IMG/VR virus record: IMGVR_UViG_3300012948_000001
Coordinates: 1-56,955 of that record
DNA from: a virus
Lineage: Duplodnaviria > Caudoviricetes
DNA length: 56,955 bases
Direction: 5' to 3' (one strand)
Shown here: positions 48,071 to 55,859 of the stretch, piece by piece
Numbering within the stretch: position 1 is the first letter of the stretch
How the letters are laid out: each line of letters starts with the position of its first letter
Translations under genes and position numbers: made by a program
Notes under the pieces: generated by a model
Database searches by the model: none
The model's input: the letters and a program-made list of their open reading frames with translations, nothing else
What the model was told of the DNA's origin: nothing

Positions 48071-48631
48071 TTACGGACAGGAGTTGTCGAAGGTTTCATC
48101 GCCTATACAGTAAACATTCCAACGCTTCTCGTATACATCAACGTCCCAACGGCCCATAGATGCAGGTATCTGCCATCGCTTGTCGAGGCTAAAATCGTAT
48201 AACGGAGTTGCATGGTTGAAACATTCGTGTGACAGCGGAGTAAGATTCAGCCGAATAGTACCAGCATCGTCATATTCGATAGCAAATACTTCTTCTTCGG
48301 TAATAGGTTGTAGATCAAGATAGATCGTACCACCCTCAACGGGGAAGTATTGCGGTGCTTCTACTCCACTCGGAGTGAATTTAAGAGCGGCAGTACCAGC
48401 CTCATTGATAAGCTGACTGTCTATGCCAGAAGGTCTGAACGCAAAGTTCAGTGTGCCAAACTCTGAGTTCAGACCTTCATAAGCAGCACCAGGAGTTAGC
48501 GCCAGGTTTAATGTACCAAGCGAGCCAATACCCGCTGCCTCAACTCCTGAAACAGTAAAGGCTAGCTTGACAGTTCCAGAGTCACCAGCCGACGGTAGAA
48601 GTTGCTCAATATGTCTACTGCGAAGAGCCAT
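48071..48631 (-). CDS. Short paralog of the repeat fibre protein
   Basis: GT..L.FTPSG repeats; RW-repeat C-terminus. Confidence 0.6.
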   Translation of the reverse strand: MALRSRHIEQLLPSAGDSGTVKLAFTVSGVEAAGIGSLGTLNLALTPGAAYEGLNSEFGTLNFAFRPSGIDSQLINEAGTAALKFTPSGVEAPQYFPVEGGTIYLDLQPITEEEVFAIEYDDAGTIRLNLTPLSHECFNHATPLYDFSLDKRWQIPASMGRWDVDVYEKRWNVYCIGDETFDNSCP

Positions 48632-48975
48632 TACTTAAATTCACAAACTTCCCAATCGAAAGCTCGACCCGTCCCGACAGTTTGCTTCAAGGTAAACCTA
48701 ATTGCACCACTATCAGTTAGTCCCGTTGATGCAGGTATCACAACTTTGCCGGCATCATCTGTTGATACATCATTTACAGTGAACCGTTCGTAATAAATGA
48801 CACGTCGAGTACCGCCGGTCTTGAACATCTTATAACAGCGAATCTCGACAATATCACCAGATGCTAAATTTGCCGGATCAAAGCCAAACTGATAGCTCGC
48901 AGCTTCAGAAGAATCAAACAGTGTATGCTCAGTACCAATCGTTGCGGTCTGAGTGCCATAAGATCCGACTACCAT
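48631..48975 (-). CDS. Hypothetical structural protein
   Basis: Operon packing; beta-rich. Confidence 0.6.
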   Translation of the reverse strand: MVVGSYGTQTATIGTEHTLFDSSEAASYQFGFDPANLASGDIVEIRCYKMFKTGGTRRVIYYERFTVNDVSTDDAGKVVIPASTGLTDSGAIRFTLKQTVGTGRAFDWEVCEFK

Positions 48976-49524
48976 TTAATATCCTGACGCAGTAGAAGTA
49001 AACCCGAACAAAGGCAAGAACAATTCGCCTCCCGACAATGCCGCTGGAGTTAGCGTAGTAGGCAATCCAGAAGCCAAGCCTGTCTCTTGCAGAATGCCAG
49101 TGAGTCTGTAGGCTGTTACGAACGCCTGGGTGTATCTGAAATAGGTACCTGTGGTCAAGCTCGCCCACATAGTCATGAAATATGACCCTGGGTCTAGGAT
49201 AAGAGACGCATTTGCGTATTGGAGAACAGATGCGCCAGCTTGTGCAGTTGATCCAGCAGATGCAAGTTTCGTTCCATTAAGCGTATAAATCCCTACATCC
49301 CAGTTCCCAGCCTGTGCGCCGCTTCCATTACATACAAACATTCGGTTAACTGGATATCTAAACGGAAGAGTGAACGGAATGTAATAAGCCTTCTGCGCTA
49401 CAGGCCAAACACCGCTTCCGAGAAATACGTTTGATCCGAGATCACCAAGAATCTCTTGCAGGATCGTATACCTGCTAAAAGAATTGATGAATAGTGGTGG
49501 AACTCTTCTTTTTGGAACGTCCAT
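48976..49524 (-). CDS. Hypothetical structural protein, paralog of 49524-50060
   Basis: WP.A.K..Y.PF, CNG, GN.D.G.Y, GSTAQ.G..VLQ, PG.Y. Confidence 0.65.
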   Translation of the reverse strand: MDVPKRRVPPLFINSFSRYTILQEILGDLGSNVFLGSGVWPVAQKAYYIPFTLPFRYPVNRMFVCNGSGAQAGNWDVGIYTLNGTKLASAGSTAQAGASVLQYANASLILDPGSYFMTMWASLTTGTYFRYTQAFVTAYRLTGILQETGLASGLPTTLTPAALSGGELFLPLFGFTSTASGY

Positions 49525-50060
49525 TACAAAGTGGTTAGAAGTTGCCAGGTTATATCGGGAGCATAAGCAGAAGACGGATTAGCAAACGTAGCCGTCGCAG
49601 GCAATCCGAAGGAGCCAGTTACTTCCTCTTGCACTCCATTGGCATTAAGCCAAATAGCCAATGGGTTAGCGCGCCTAACAATACCTGTTGCATTATCGAA
49701 GGTCATCGCCGAATAATACCTACCCGGATTGAACAGAGTATCTGTCATATCCCAAGTCTGAAGAACATTCACTCCCGACTGTGCTGTTGAACCCGAGTTG
49801 ATAAGTCTATGTCCAAATTCGTCGTACAAACCGATATCTAAGTTACCAGATACAGTTGCGCCGTTGCACCAAGTAGCCTTTACGAGCGTTACTGGCTTCG
49901 ATATAAAGAACGGTACGTAGATGACCTTATTTGCGGTGGGCCATGCGGCATTACCAACACCCGCATTCGGTACCAACACCCAATCACAAAGAGGACACTC
50001 CGGACTGAAGATATTAATTACACTCTTTACGTCCGAATATTCGAGCGGTATGTCACCCAT
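49524..50060 (-). CDS. Hypothetical structural protein
   Basis: Same motifs as 48976-49524. Confidence 0.65.
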   Translation of the reverse strand: MGDIPLEYSDVKSVINIFSPECPLCDWVLVPNAGVGNAAWPTANKVIYVPFFISKPVTLVKATWCNGATVSGNLDIGLYDEFGHRLINSGSTAQSGVNVLQTWDMTDTLFNPGRYYSAMTFDNATGIVRRANPLAIWLNANGVQEEVTGSFGLPATATFANPSSAYAPDITWQLLTTL

Positions 50061-50203
50061 TAGTCAATCGTCCATAGCCATAGGATGAACAGCCCTATTA
50101 CGAACCAGGTAAAGAGCACTAACAAGTAGCCGACCTCTTTATGCCTATATCTCGTATCCGAACCATAAAATTTCCGCTGAGAGATAGCTATAAGTGTCAG
50201 CAT
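50060..50203 (-). CDS. Small membrane protein, 47 aa (not in ORF track)
   Basis: TAATG coupling; C-terminal TM helix. Confidence 0.45.
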   Translation of the reverse strand: MLTLIAISQRKFYGSDTRYRHKEVGYLLVLFTWFVIGLFILWLWTID

Positions 50204-50361
50204 CAGGGTTTCGATGAAGCGTAGTTCAATAGTAAGCCCCGGATGATCCTGTATCTTGGGTGGTGTTGCGCTTCTGCGGCGTGTTACCAGGCTCTTGGGT
50301 AGGGAGCCTCTTTTTGGGGAAAGCAGACCTTGGGACAGAGCCGGGGCTTGTGTAAGTTAAT

Positions 50362-50856
50362 TTAACCCGCCTTTAGGGTAGCAGTTACCTTTTCCGTATC
50401 ACCGTTTGCAAAGGTACGTGTAGCTGCGGTATCACCCGCAAAGTACGGATTGCCTGCATTAAGCGAGGTACCATCGCTAAGTACCCAACTGTTCGCTCCG
50501 TTAGGTGATGGCGCACCACTAAACGCACCAAATGTTACCTGGCTAGCAGTAGTAGACTGTCCTCCAGTCGAGAACGTGTTATCAAAGGACGAGGCACCCC
50601 ATCCGCCCGCACCAATAGATCGAGTAATCGCTTGTCGCGCGTAACCCGCTGCGGTGGTAGAGCCGATCTCGTTAATGTTAGACCCTGATACCGTGGCACT
50701 CCATACGCTATTCCGTGCCATGTTCGCACCCGAACCAACGTTATTAGTAGCAAGCCCCATTTCCCAACCACCACCAGGAGGCGTAATGGTCGCACTTGCA
50801 CCCATAACGAAGTCCGTCACTAGCTGTGACAATCTCTGGAAGGCAATAACGGCCAT
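50362..50856 (-). CDS. Virion structural protein
   Basis: NE....GYARQAI, VTF, RT..NGDT pattern of fibre-associated proteins. Confidence 0.65.
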   Translation of the reverse strand: MAVIAFQRLSQLVTDFVMGASATITPPGGGWEMGLATNNVGSGANMARNSVWSATVSGSNINEIGSTTAAGYARQAITRSIGAGGWGASSFDNTFSTGGQSTTASQVTFGAFSGAPSPNGANSWVLSDGTSLNAGNPYFAGDTAATRTFANGDTEKVTATLKAG

Positions 50857-51311
50857 TACTCTGCACCACCTTCGCTGAGAAAGCCCAAGTCGTATTCACT
50901 ATCTTCTTGCATCTTGTACATACTGTCATGCGTACCAGCATCCGGAACAGCGGCATCCGTATAAAGCAACAAAGCCTGTACCAATTTCGGTACGTGTACC
51001 AGTCCCTCCATCTGATTGGCCTCAACTGCCTCGTCAAACGCCTTTTTCACGTCTTCTGTTGAGGCAACCCCATCGAGCATGTAATTCCCCGGATGCTCCT
51101 TATAAACCAGCACTTTCTTAATCCGTTCGGCAGGCCAAGTAGTAACCGTCATACCAACTTCCGGTTTTTCTACAGAGGCAGCAGGAGTTCCAGGTTCTCC
51201 CCTAAGTGCTCTATCATTATGCTCTTTCAGCGCAGTTTGAGCCTCCGCATCCGAACCGTAAAAAGCGACAGATTTCGTTCCCGTTTCGTAGATAATCTCA
51301 TAATATGGCAA
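50856..51311 (-). CDS. Hypothetical protein
   Basis: AAGGAGG SD with TTG. Confidence 0.65.
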   Translation of the reverse strand: MPYYEIIYETGTKSVAFYGSDAEAQTALKEHNDRALRGEPGTPAASVEKPEVGMTVTTWPAERIKKVLVYKEHPGNYMLDGVASTEDVKKAFDEAVEANQMEGLVHVPKLVQALLLYTDAAVPDAGTHDSMYKMQEDSEYDLGFLSEGGAE

Positions 51312-51312
51312 A

Positions 51313-51477
51313 TCATCCCTCCTTTTCCGCCAGTATTAGTTTGCATTGTTCTTCCAACTCTTTAACCTCCGCAGGTGGCAAATACCGTATGCCATCTTCC
51401 ACCATTAAAACTGCCCCACAGGGTGGTTTGTTAACAGCAATCAATTCCCAGGTACGGGTATCAACTTGTAGCGTCAT
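51313..51477 (-). CDS. Small hypothetical protein, 54 aa (not in ORF track)
   Basis: Fills the gap in the operon; GAGG SD. Confidence 0.45.
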   Translation of the reverse strand: MTLQVDTRTWELIAVNKPPCGAVLMVEDGIRYLPPAEVKELEEQCKLILAEKEG

Positions 51478-51868
51478 CTGTCGGTGCCCTCGGTGCTTCC
51501 AACAACGCCATACTTGTAGCTTCGTCTTGTACTAGCTGACTCAGTGGTACTATCCCAAAAGGCGCCAGTCGTTTTGAAGCTTCCGGCGTCATATACAACC
51601 CGCTGCCTCGTAGCATTTCGTGTTCGCCCTGCGTATGGTTCTTTGTCGCATGGTTGACTGCCCATGCTTTCCTCTTTTCCTCCGCCATATACGCTATCTT
51701 CGAATTCGCCGGAGTGTGGCCTACAGGTACTACTCTGTCCAATGCCGATTGGAAAAGCTCTCCACAGAGCCTACAGTATTGGTACGGGTATTGTGGATCA
51801 AACTCGAAGTTAACCAAAGAGTACCGACCAAATAGCGCACCGTGTAGAATCAACTGGCCTTGGTTCAC
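51461..51868 (-). CDS. Hypothetical Zn-binding protein
   Basis: CRLC...H...H; GTGA overlap. Confidence 0.6.
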   Translation of the reverse strand: MNQGQLILHGALFGRYSLVNFEFDPQYPYQYCRLCGELFQSALDRVVPVGHTPANSKIAYMAEEKRKAWAVNHATKNHTQGEHEMLRGSGLYMTPEASKRLAPFGIVPLSQLVQDEATSMALLEAPRAPTDDATS

Positions 51869-52179
51869 TTTTTCAAACTGTTGAACAGAGCAGTTACCAT
51901 ATCCTGATCTTCCTTATCGGACAAGCTTTGTGCAAGATTGATAATCACTTTAGCCGCGGCGAGTTCTGTAGTTTCTTTTTCTGCTCCTGTCGCCAGTTGC
52001 ACGACTTTTCCTAGTGCAGTATCCAAGTGTGCAACAGCGAATTCTCTGATGGCCCTTTTGATCTCTTCTACTGAGGCATCAGGTGAAGGCAGTTTATTTA
52101 GAAGCTCTAGGAGCTGATCTTGTTTGTTAACTAGATCACTTAGAGTTAGATCATCTACATCTTTGAAACTTTCTGACAT
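51865..52179 (-). CDS. Putative terminase small subunit
   Basis: First late gene; helical ALGKVVQLA....E...LAAAK.I pattern. Confidence 0.45.
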   Translation of the reverse strand: MSESFKDVDDLTLSDLVNKQDQLLELLNKLPSPDASVEEIKRAIREFAVAHLDTALGKVVQLATGAEKETTELAAAKVIINLAQSLSDKEDQDMVTALFNSLKK

Positions 52180-52205
52180 GGGCTGTTCCCCTTTCGGTTG
52201 AGGGT

Positions 52206-52262
52206 ATGATACACATAGCCCAGATTGCTTACTAGAGAGGAAAAGTGGTATAGACCACTTTT
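52206..52262 (-). promoter_or_regulatory. Candidate late promoter with upstream palindromic operator
   Basis: TATCAT -10 at 52206-52211, weak -35; AAAAGTGGT-n4-ACCACTTTT at 52241-52262. Confidence 0.5.
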
Positions 52263-52418
52263 ATTCGGAATGCTCCAGCTACATTAACCAACAGTCGAAT
52301 CTTGGGGGTTGAATTACGCATAGAATGCTTTAGAGTACGAGTTAGGTCAGTTAGGTCGGCTGGGCGTCCGGTAGGAGTCGGCGCAGCTAGGAGCCACTGA
52401 CAAAGCTAGACACAACCT

Positions 52419-52901
52419 AATTTGGGCTAGTTGAACGAGCGTGTGCGCCCATGCATGACACCGAAAGGACTGTTATGCCTGAAAACACACAGTCGTTTGA
52501 AGACGTGCTCGTCTCACTCGGCATGTCGTCCAAGGAATCCGACCCGCGCATGAAAGACCTGGGTAAGCGCATCATGACCCAGCTTCGCGGAGAGGTGGAT
52601 CGCGTAGTGGTTGCTTGCTACGCGGCGGATCGACTCGACGAGAACATGACTGCACTCGCCCTCGCTGGTGATACCGATGGTACGCTAGTGTTCGCCGACG
52701 TCATCGACGTGCCCGACGCTACCATCAGTCGCATCAGGAGCGCCTGCTACAGCAACGCTGTGCAGAACAAGCGAATCAAGAACGTCTCGTTCATCCGCGT
52801 CAACGACCACAATGGCAATGCGTTCGCCCTCGTGGTCAAGAGGCTCAACACCAGCAACTAACCTCGCATCGGCGCATACGTTCGTTCAACTAGCTCAGAT
52901 T
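52419..52901 (+). repeat. 31-bp inverted repeat flanking a whole ORF
   Basis: 52419-52449 vs 52871-52901; all four deviations are G-U pairs on the + strand. Confidence 0.85.
52475..52861 (+). CDS. First early gene, hypothetical
   Basis: AAAGGA SD; strongly C/G-ending codons. Confidence 0.75.
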   Translation: MPENTQSFEDVLVSLGMSSKESDPRMKDLGKRIMTQLRGEVDRVVVACYAADRLDENMTALALAGDTDGTLVFADVIDVPDATISRIRSACYSNAVQNKRIKNVSFIRVNDHNGNAFALVVKRLNTSN

Positions 52902-52921
52902 GCTAACCGAAAGGATTGGCT

Positions 52922-53185
52922 ATGTCCAAATCCGAAGCGGCTAGATTGGTCGATGCCTATCTGGCTGAACAGGAGAACGACGAGCTAACCGAACGGGAGC
53001 GATTGCGTCAGTGTGGTGTAGTTGACGTATCGCATCGTACCGGCAAGCGTCGTCGTGGCAATAGCGTCCTGAAGCGTCAGCCTAAGACGTATTCAGCGGC
53101 CAGCACATACATCATCCGTTGTCCGAAGACGGGTGAACAGATCGCAACAACCAAGGTGCTCATCAAAAAGAGAATCCCTGTATAG
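52922..53185 (+). CDS. Hypothetical basic protein
   Basis: AAAGGA SD; followed by terminator. Confidence 0.65.
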   Translation: MSKSEAARLVDAYLAEQENDELTERERLRQCGVVDVSHRTGKRRRGNSVLKRQPKTYSAASTYIIRCPKTGEQIATTKVLIKKRIPV

Positions 53186-53198
53186 GGATTCTCTTTTT
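53165..53198 (+). terminator. Rho-independent terminator (possibly bidirectional)
   Basis: aaaaagagaatccct-gtat-agggattctcttttt. Confidence 0.75.
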
Positions 53199-53259
53199 GT
53201 GCAGCATAAGGGAACAATTCGCGCTTCGCGATTTTCCTTCCGAAAGGAGGTGAAAACCC

Positions 53260-53403
53260 ATGAAATTCATCGTCGAGATGTTTACTTCCAAGCGTGTTTG
53301 GGAAATGGTCGGCAGTAACATGACGATCGAGGAAGTGATCCAACACTTCGGAAACATGCAATACGCGCCATTTCGTCTGTACGTTATGGCGGAAAAAAGC
53401 TAA
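53260..53403 (+). CDS. Small hypothetical protein, 47 aa (not in ORF track)
   Basis: AAAGGAGGTGA SD then ATG. Confidence 0.65.
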   Translation: MKFIVEMFTSKRVWEMVGSNMTIEEVIQHFGNMQYAPFRLYVMAEKS

Positions 53404-53426
53404 TCGCGTTAACGCGGTTAGTTCCG

Positions 53427-53611
53427 AGGTAATAAATCTAATTAATTACCTGGGAACTAATCGTGCAACGTCGTGTCAACAGGGTATATGGATCGCTTAT
53501 ACGAGGTATAAGCGTTTCATTTCACCAATTTCACCTATTACACACCGTCAGAAAGTTACAGTTATCCCTCGAAACAAATAAACCAGGTACTAAATCTAAT
53601 CATTTACCTGG
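53427..53611. repeat. Two 27-bp palindromic direct repeats in an AT-rich noncoding region
   Basis: aggtaataaatctaattaattacctgg (53427) and aggtactaaatctaatcatttacctgg (53585). Confidence 0.7.
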
Positions 53612-53767
53612 TAATTAATGTACGTAGTAGTGTAGTATGGTGAATTTGACAATCCGGGGAAGTGATAAACATAATTAAACACTGGCCGTGTCTCAACGAG
53701 GGATTTGCGCTACTTGTCCCTCAGACTTTTGACAGATCGAGGCTTTTTACGCGGAGCTGTCAAACCC

Positions 53768-53795
53768 TTGACAGTTGCGCGCAACATGCTACGAT
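53768..53795 (+). promoter_or_regulatory. Early promoter overlapped by inverted repeats
   Basis: TTGACA-16-TACGAT; CTGTCAA-n4-TTGACAG. Confidence 0.6.
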
Positions 53796-53820
53796 CCTAC
53801 ACATAACGAAAGGAGGAACA

Positions 53821-53925
53821 ATGACGCTTAAGGAAGCACTTTTGATTCAGCGTGAAAAGGCATCTCTTCGCGGCGATGTTGTTCTCGTTATGCGGATCAA
53901 CAAGCTGCTTGCGAAGTTTTGCTGA
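53821..53925 (+). CDS. Small peptide, 34 aa
   Basis: AAGGAGG SD then ATG. Confidence 0.6.
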   Translation: MTLKEALLIQREKASLRGDVVLVMRINKLLAKFC

Positions 53926-54003
53926 TAGAGGGAATGGAGAATCCGGAGGAATAAGCCAGTAAGTATGGTAGGGGCTACTGGCAAACGATAGGAGGTGATA
54001 CAG

Positions 54004-54192
54004 ATGGATGCAGCAACCATTACCTCGCTAGTCATCGTGATCGGATCTATTGTGATCGGTTTTGCACAATGGATCGCTGCGGTTTACGTTGCAGCAGAGA
54101 TCGGATACTCGAAAGGTCGTAGTGGACTCTTTTGGGGTCTGATCTTCGGATGGCTCGGCGTGTTGGCAGTATACGTGCTGCCTGAAAAGTAA
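54004..54192 (+). CDS. Small membrane protein
   Basis: GGAGGTGA SD; KGRSG..WG..FG.LG motif. Confidence 0.7.
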   Translation: MDAATITSLVIVIGSIVIGFAQWIAAVYVAAEIGYSKGRSGLFWGLIFGWLGVLAVYVLPEK

Positions 54193-54369
54193 TACTAACC
54201 CGAAAGGGTTAGTAAACCGGAAGTCAGTAAAAAGCAGCGTAGAGATAACATCGTGAGAAAAACTGTGTCGCGTTATGGCTAACCGCGAGATGGTAGAGGA
54301 CATAAAAGCCATCGTCCGGAACTGCGATGCTCTGACGGCTATAAGACGCTCCGGTTTATTAACCCTTTT
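54193..54369 (+). ncRNA. Candidate structured RNA A
   Basis: 19-bp closing stem 54203-54221/54350-54368 around a multibranch core. Confidence 0.6.
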
Positions 54370-54387
54370 AGGTCATTTAATTCGGCC

Positions 54388-54416
54388 TTGCAATCAGGGA
54401 CGGTTTGGTGTATAAT
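54388..54416 (+). promoter_or_regulatory. Strong early promoter
   Basis: TTGCAA-17-TATAAT. Confidence 0.7.
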
Positions 54417-54453
54417 CCGTTCCGCGGATCTACGGAAAGGGGATATCGCACTT

Positions 54454-54579
54454 ATGGCACCTATTGGTGATCCTGAGAAGGTTTGGGAATTGCCTGCACC
54501 GTTGGATGTACCTAGTCCAGACGACGTGCCGGTTGAATTGCCCATTCCTGTTGAAACTCCAGAAAAGGTGGAGGTTTAG
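54454..54579 (+). CDS. Pro/Glu-rich peptide, 41 aa
   Basis: AAAGGGGA SD; MAPIGDPEKVWELPAP... Confidence 0.65.
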   Translation: MAPIGDPEKVWELPAPLDVPSPDDVPVELPIPVETPEKVEV

Positions 54580-54762
54580 TAAGGCGCACTCAGGAAGATA
54601 TTTATTATGGAAACCCCTTATTCCTGAGGGCTTTGTCCAGGCTCTCGAATAGGAATAAGAGAGGGTTAGAGTTAGGACAACTCTAACGAACCATAAATGT
54701 CTTGATATCCTGTCCAGTAGTGGTAGCTGCTGAGATAAGGGAGTGCGTCTTACTAAATCTCT
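54570..54762 (+). ncRNA. Candidate structured RNA B
   Basis: 22-bp closing stem 54570-54591/54741-54762; nested hairpins with complementary loops. Confidence 0.65.
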
Positions 54763-54781
54763 ACCCGGAAAGGAGGTGATT

Positions 54782-55198
54782 ATGCTTCCAGAGTATGTTG
54801 GTAGCCAGCATGTTCGAGCGATCCGAATTTTTGGGGTCAATCGAAAGACACTTATGCTTGAATCTCTGAATGGTGAAGTTTGGGTGCCAGGTGAGATCAA
54901 GCAAAGTGTTTGTGGACATGCAAAGCACCATGGCTTTACGAAGCCAGAAGTAAAGTGCTCCTGTGGGATTTGGAGTTGCAAGTCCCGCAAGGCATTGAAG
55001 CGAACTTTTCCTCATTTGTATTACGGGGAAAGGATCGTGAGCGCACAAGTGGAGCAATGGGGTAGGGTAATCGAGCACAGAGACGGTTATCGTAGCGAGT
55101 ATGCCAGAATAGTGCCAGGCACTATCCAGTTCTGGCCTCGACCCCACAAACCGAGTAACAAAAAGCTCATCAACTTTCTACGCGCAAAGTATTCTTAG
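54782..55198 (+). CDS. CxCG-motif protein of unknown function
   Basis: AGGAGGTGA SD; CSCGIWS...WGRVIEH..GYRS. Confidence 0.75.
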   Translation: MLPEYVGSQHVRAIRIFGVNRKTLMLESLNGEVWVPGEIKQSVCGHAKHHGFTKPEVKCSCGIWSCKSRKALKRTFPHLYYGERIVSAQVEQWGRVIEHRDGYRSEYARIVPGTIQFWPRPHKPSNKKLINFLRAKYS

Positions 55199-55212
55199 AA
55201 AGGAGGTGAAAC

Positions 55213-55380
55213 ATGATCTTTGACAGCAAAGATCGTGAGGATATGAAAGTTGCGGTTTGGGCTATCGGAATCGCGGCCGATCATATCAAGTGCAGCATTT
55301 GCGGTCGTTATTGGGATACAATTGATCCCTGCTGTCTCTGCAACGTAACGTTGTGGGTTACGGGCAGAAAGAATAGCTAA
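55213..55380 (+). CDS. Small Zn-ribbon protein, 55 aa (not in ORF track)
   Basis: AGGAGGTGA SD; CSIC...CCLC. Confidence 0.65.
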   Translation: MIFDSKDREDMKVAVWAIGIAADHIKCSICGRYWDTIDPCCLCNVTLWVTGRKNS

Positions 55381-55386
55381 CCCGAT

Positions 55387-55457
55387 AAGGGTTAGTAAGC
55401 TAGTGAGAGGAACCAGGCGATTATTGCGAGCCAACTTTCACTAGCTCACTAACTCTT
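55387..55457 (+). promoter_or_regulatory. Intergenic long RNA stem, candidate RNase III-type site
   Basis: 23-bp stem with two G-U pairs and one mismatch. Confidence 0.6.
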
Positions 55458-55480
55458 AAGGAAAGGAGGTGAAAGACCTA

Positions 55481-55846
55481 ATGAAGAAAGAAGAGGCAAT
55501 TGTAGCGTTGCGTGAACTTGCAGACAAGCTTGAGAGTCTGGAGTTTACGGAGGACAGTGAAGCATGGTTTACGAATCCGTCGATTTATATCTATGGCGGA
55601 ACGAAAACCGAACTTCGCATGTTTGCACGCACAATGCGAAGTGTGAAGAAGTCTGCGAGTGATTCGAGCTTTTCACTCTATACGCCTTGGCAGAATAATT
55701 GGCGCATTGAGATGTATGCTCAGAATCGTGAGCAGGTCTGCAAGAAGAAGGTCGTCGGAACTGAGGAAGTTCCGGAGCGAACTACTCCTGCATATACCAA
55801 GGAGATCGTGGAATGGGAATGCGATCCCATCCTTGGTGTAGACTGA
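55481..55846 (+). CDS. Hypothetical protein
   Basis: REQVCKKKVVGTEEV...VEWEC.PIL; strong SD. Confidence 0.75.
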   Translation: MKKEEAIVALRELADKLESLEFTEDSEAWFTNPSIYIYGGTKTELRMFARTMRSVKKSASDSSFSLYTPWQNNWRIEMYAQNREQVCKKKVVGTEEVPERTTPAYTKEIVEWECDPILGVD

Positions 55847-55859
55847 AGGGAAAACGCAC

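Noticed and set aside
52419-52901. IS or MITE terminal inverted repeats
   Set aside because: No transposase or evident target duplication; mismatches are all G-U compatible on one strand.
54213-54360. Hairpin ribozyme (GGAAGUCA...AGAGAUAACA resembles loop A/B strands)
   Set aside because: No N-GUC cleavage strand in register and no GUAUAUUAC loop B partner.
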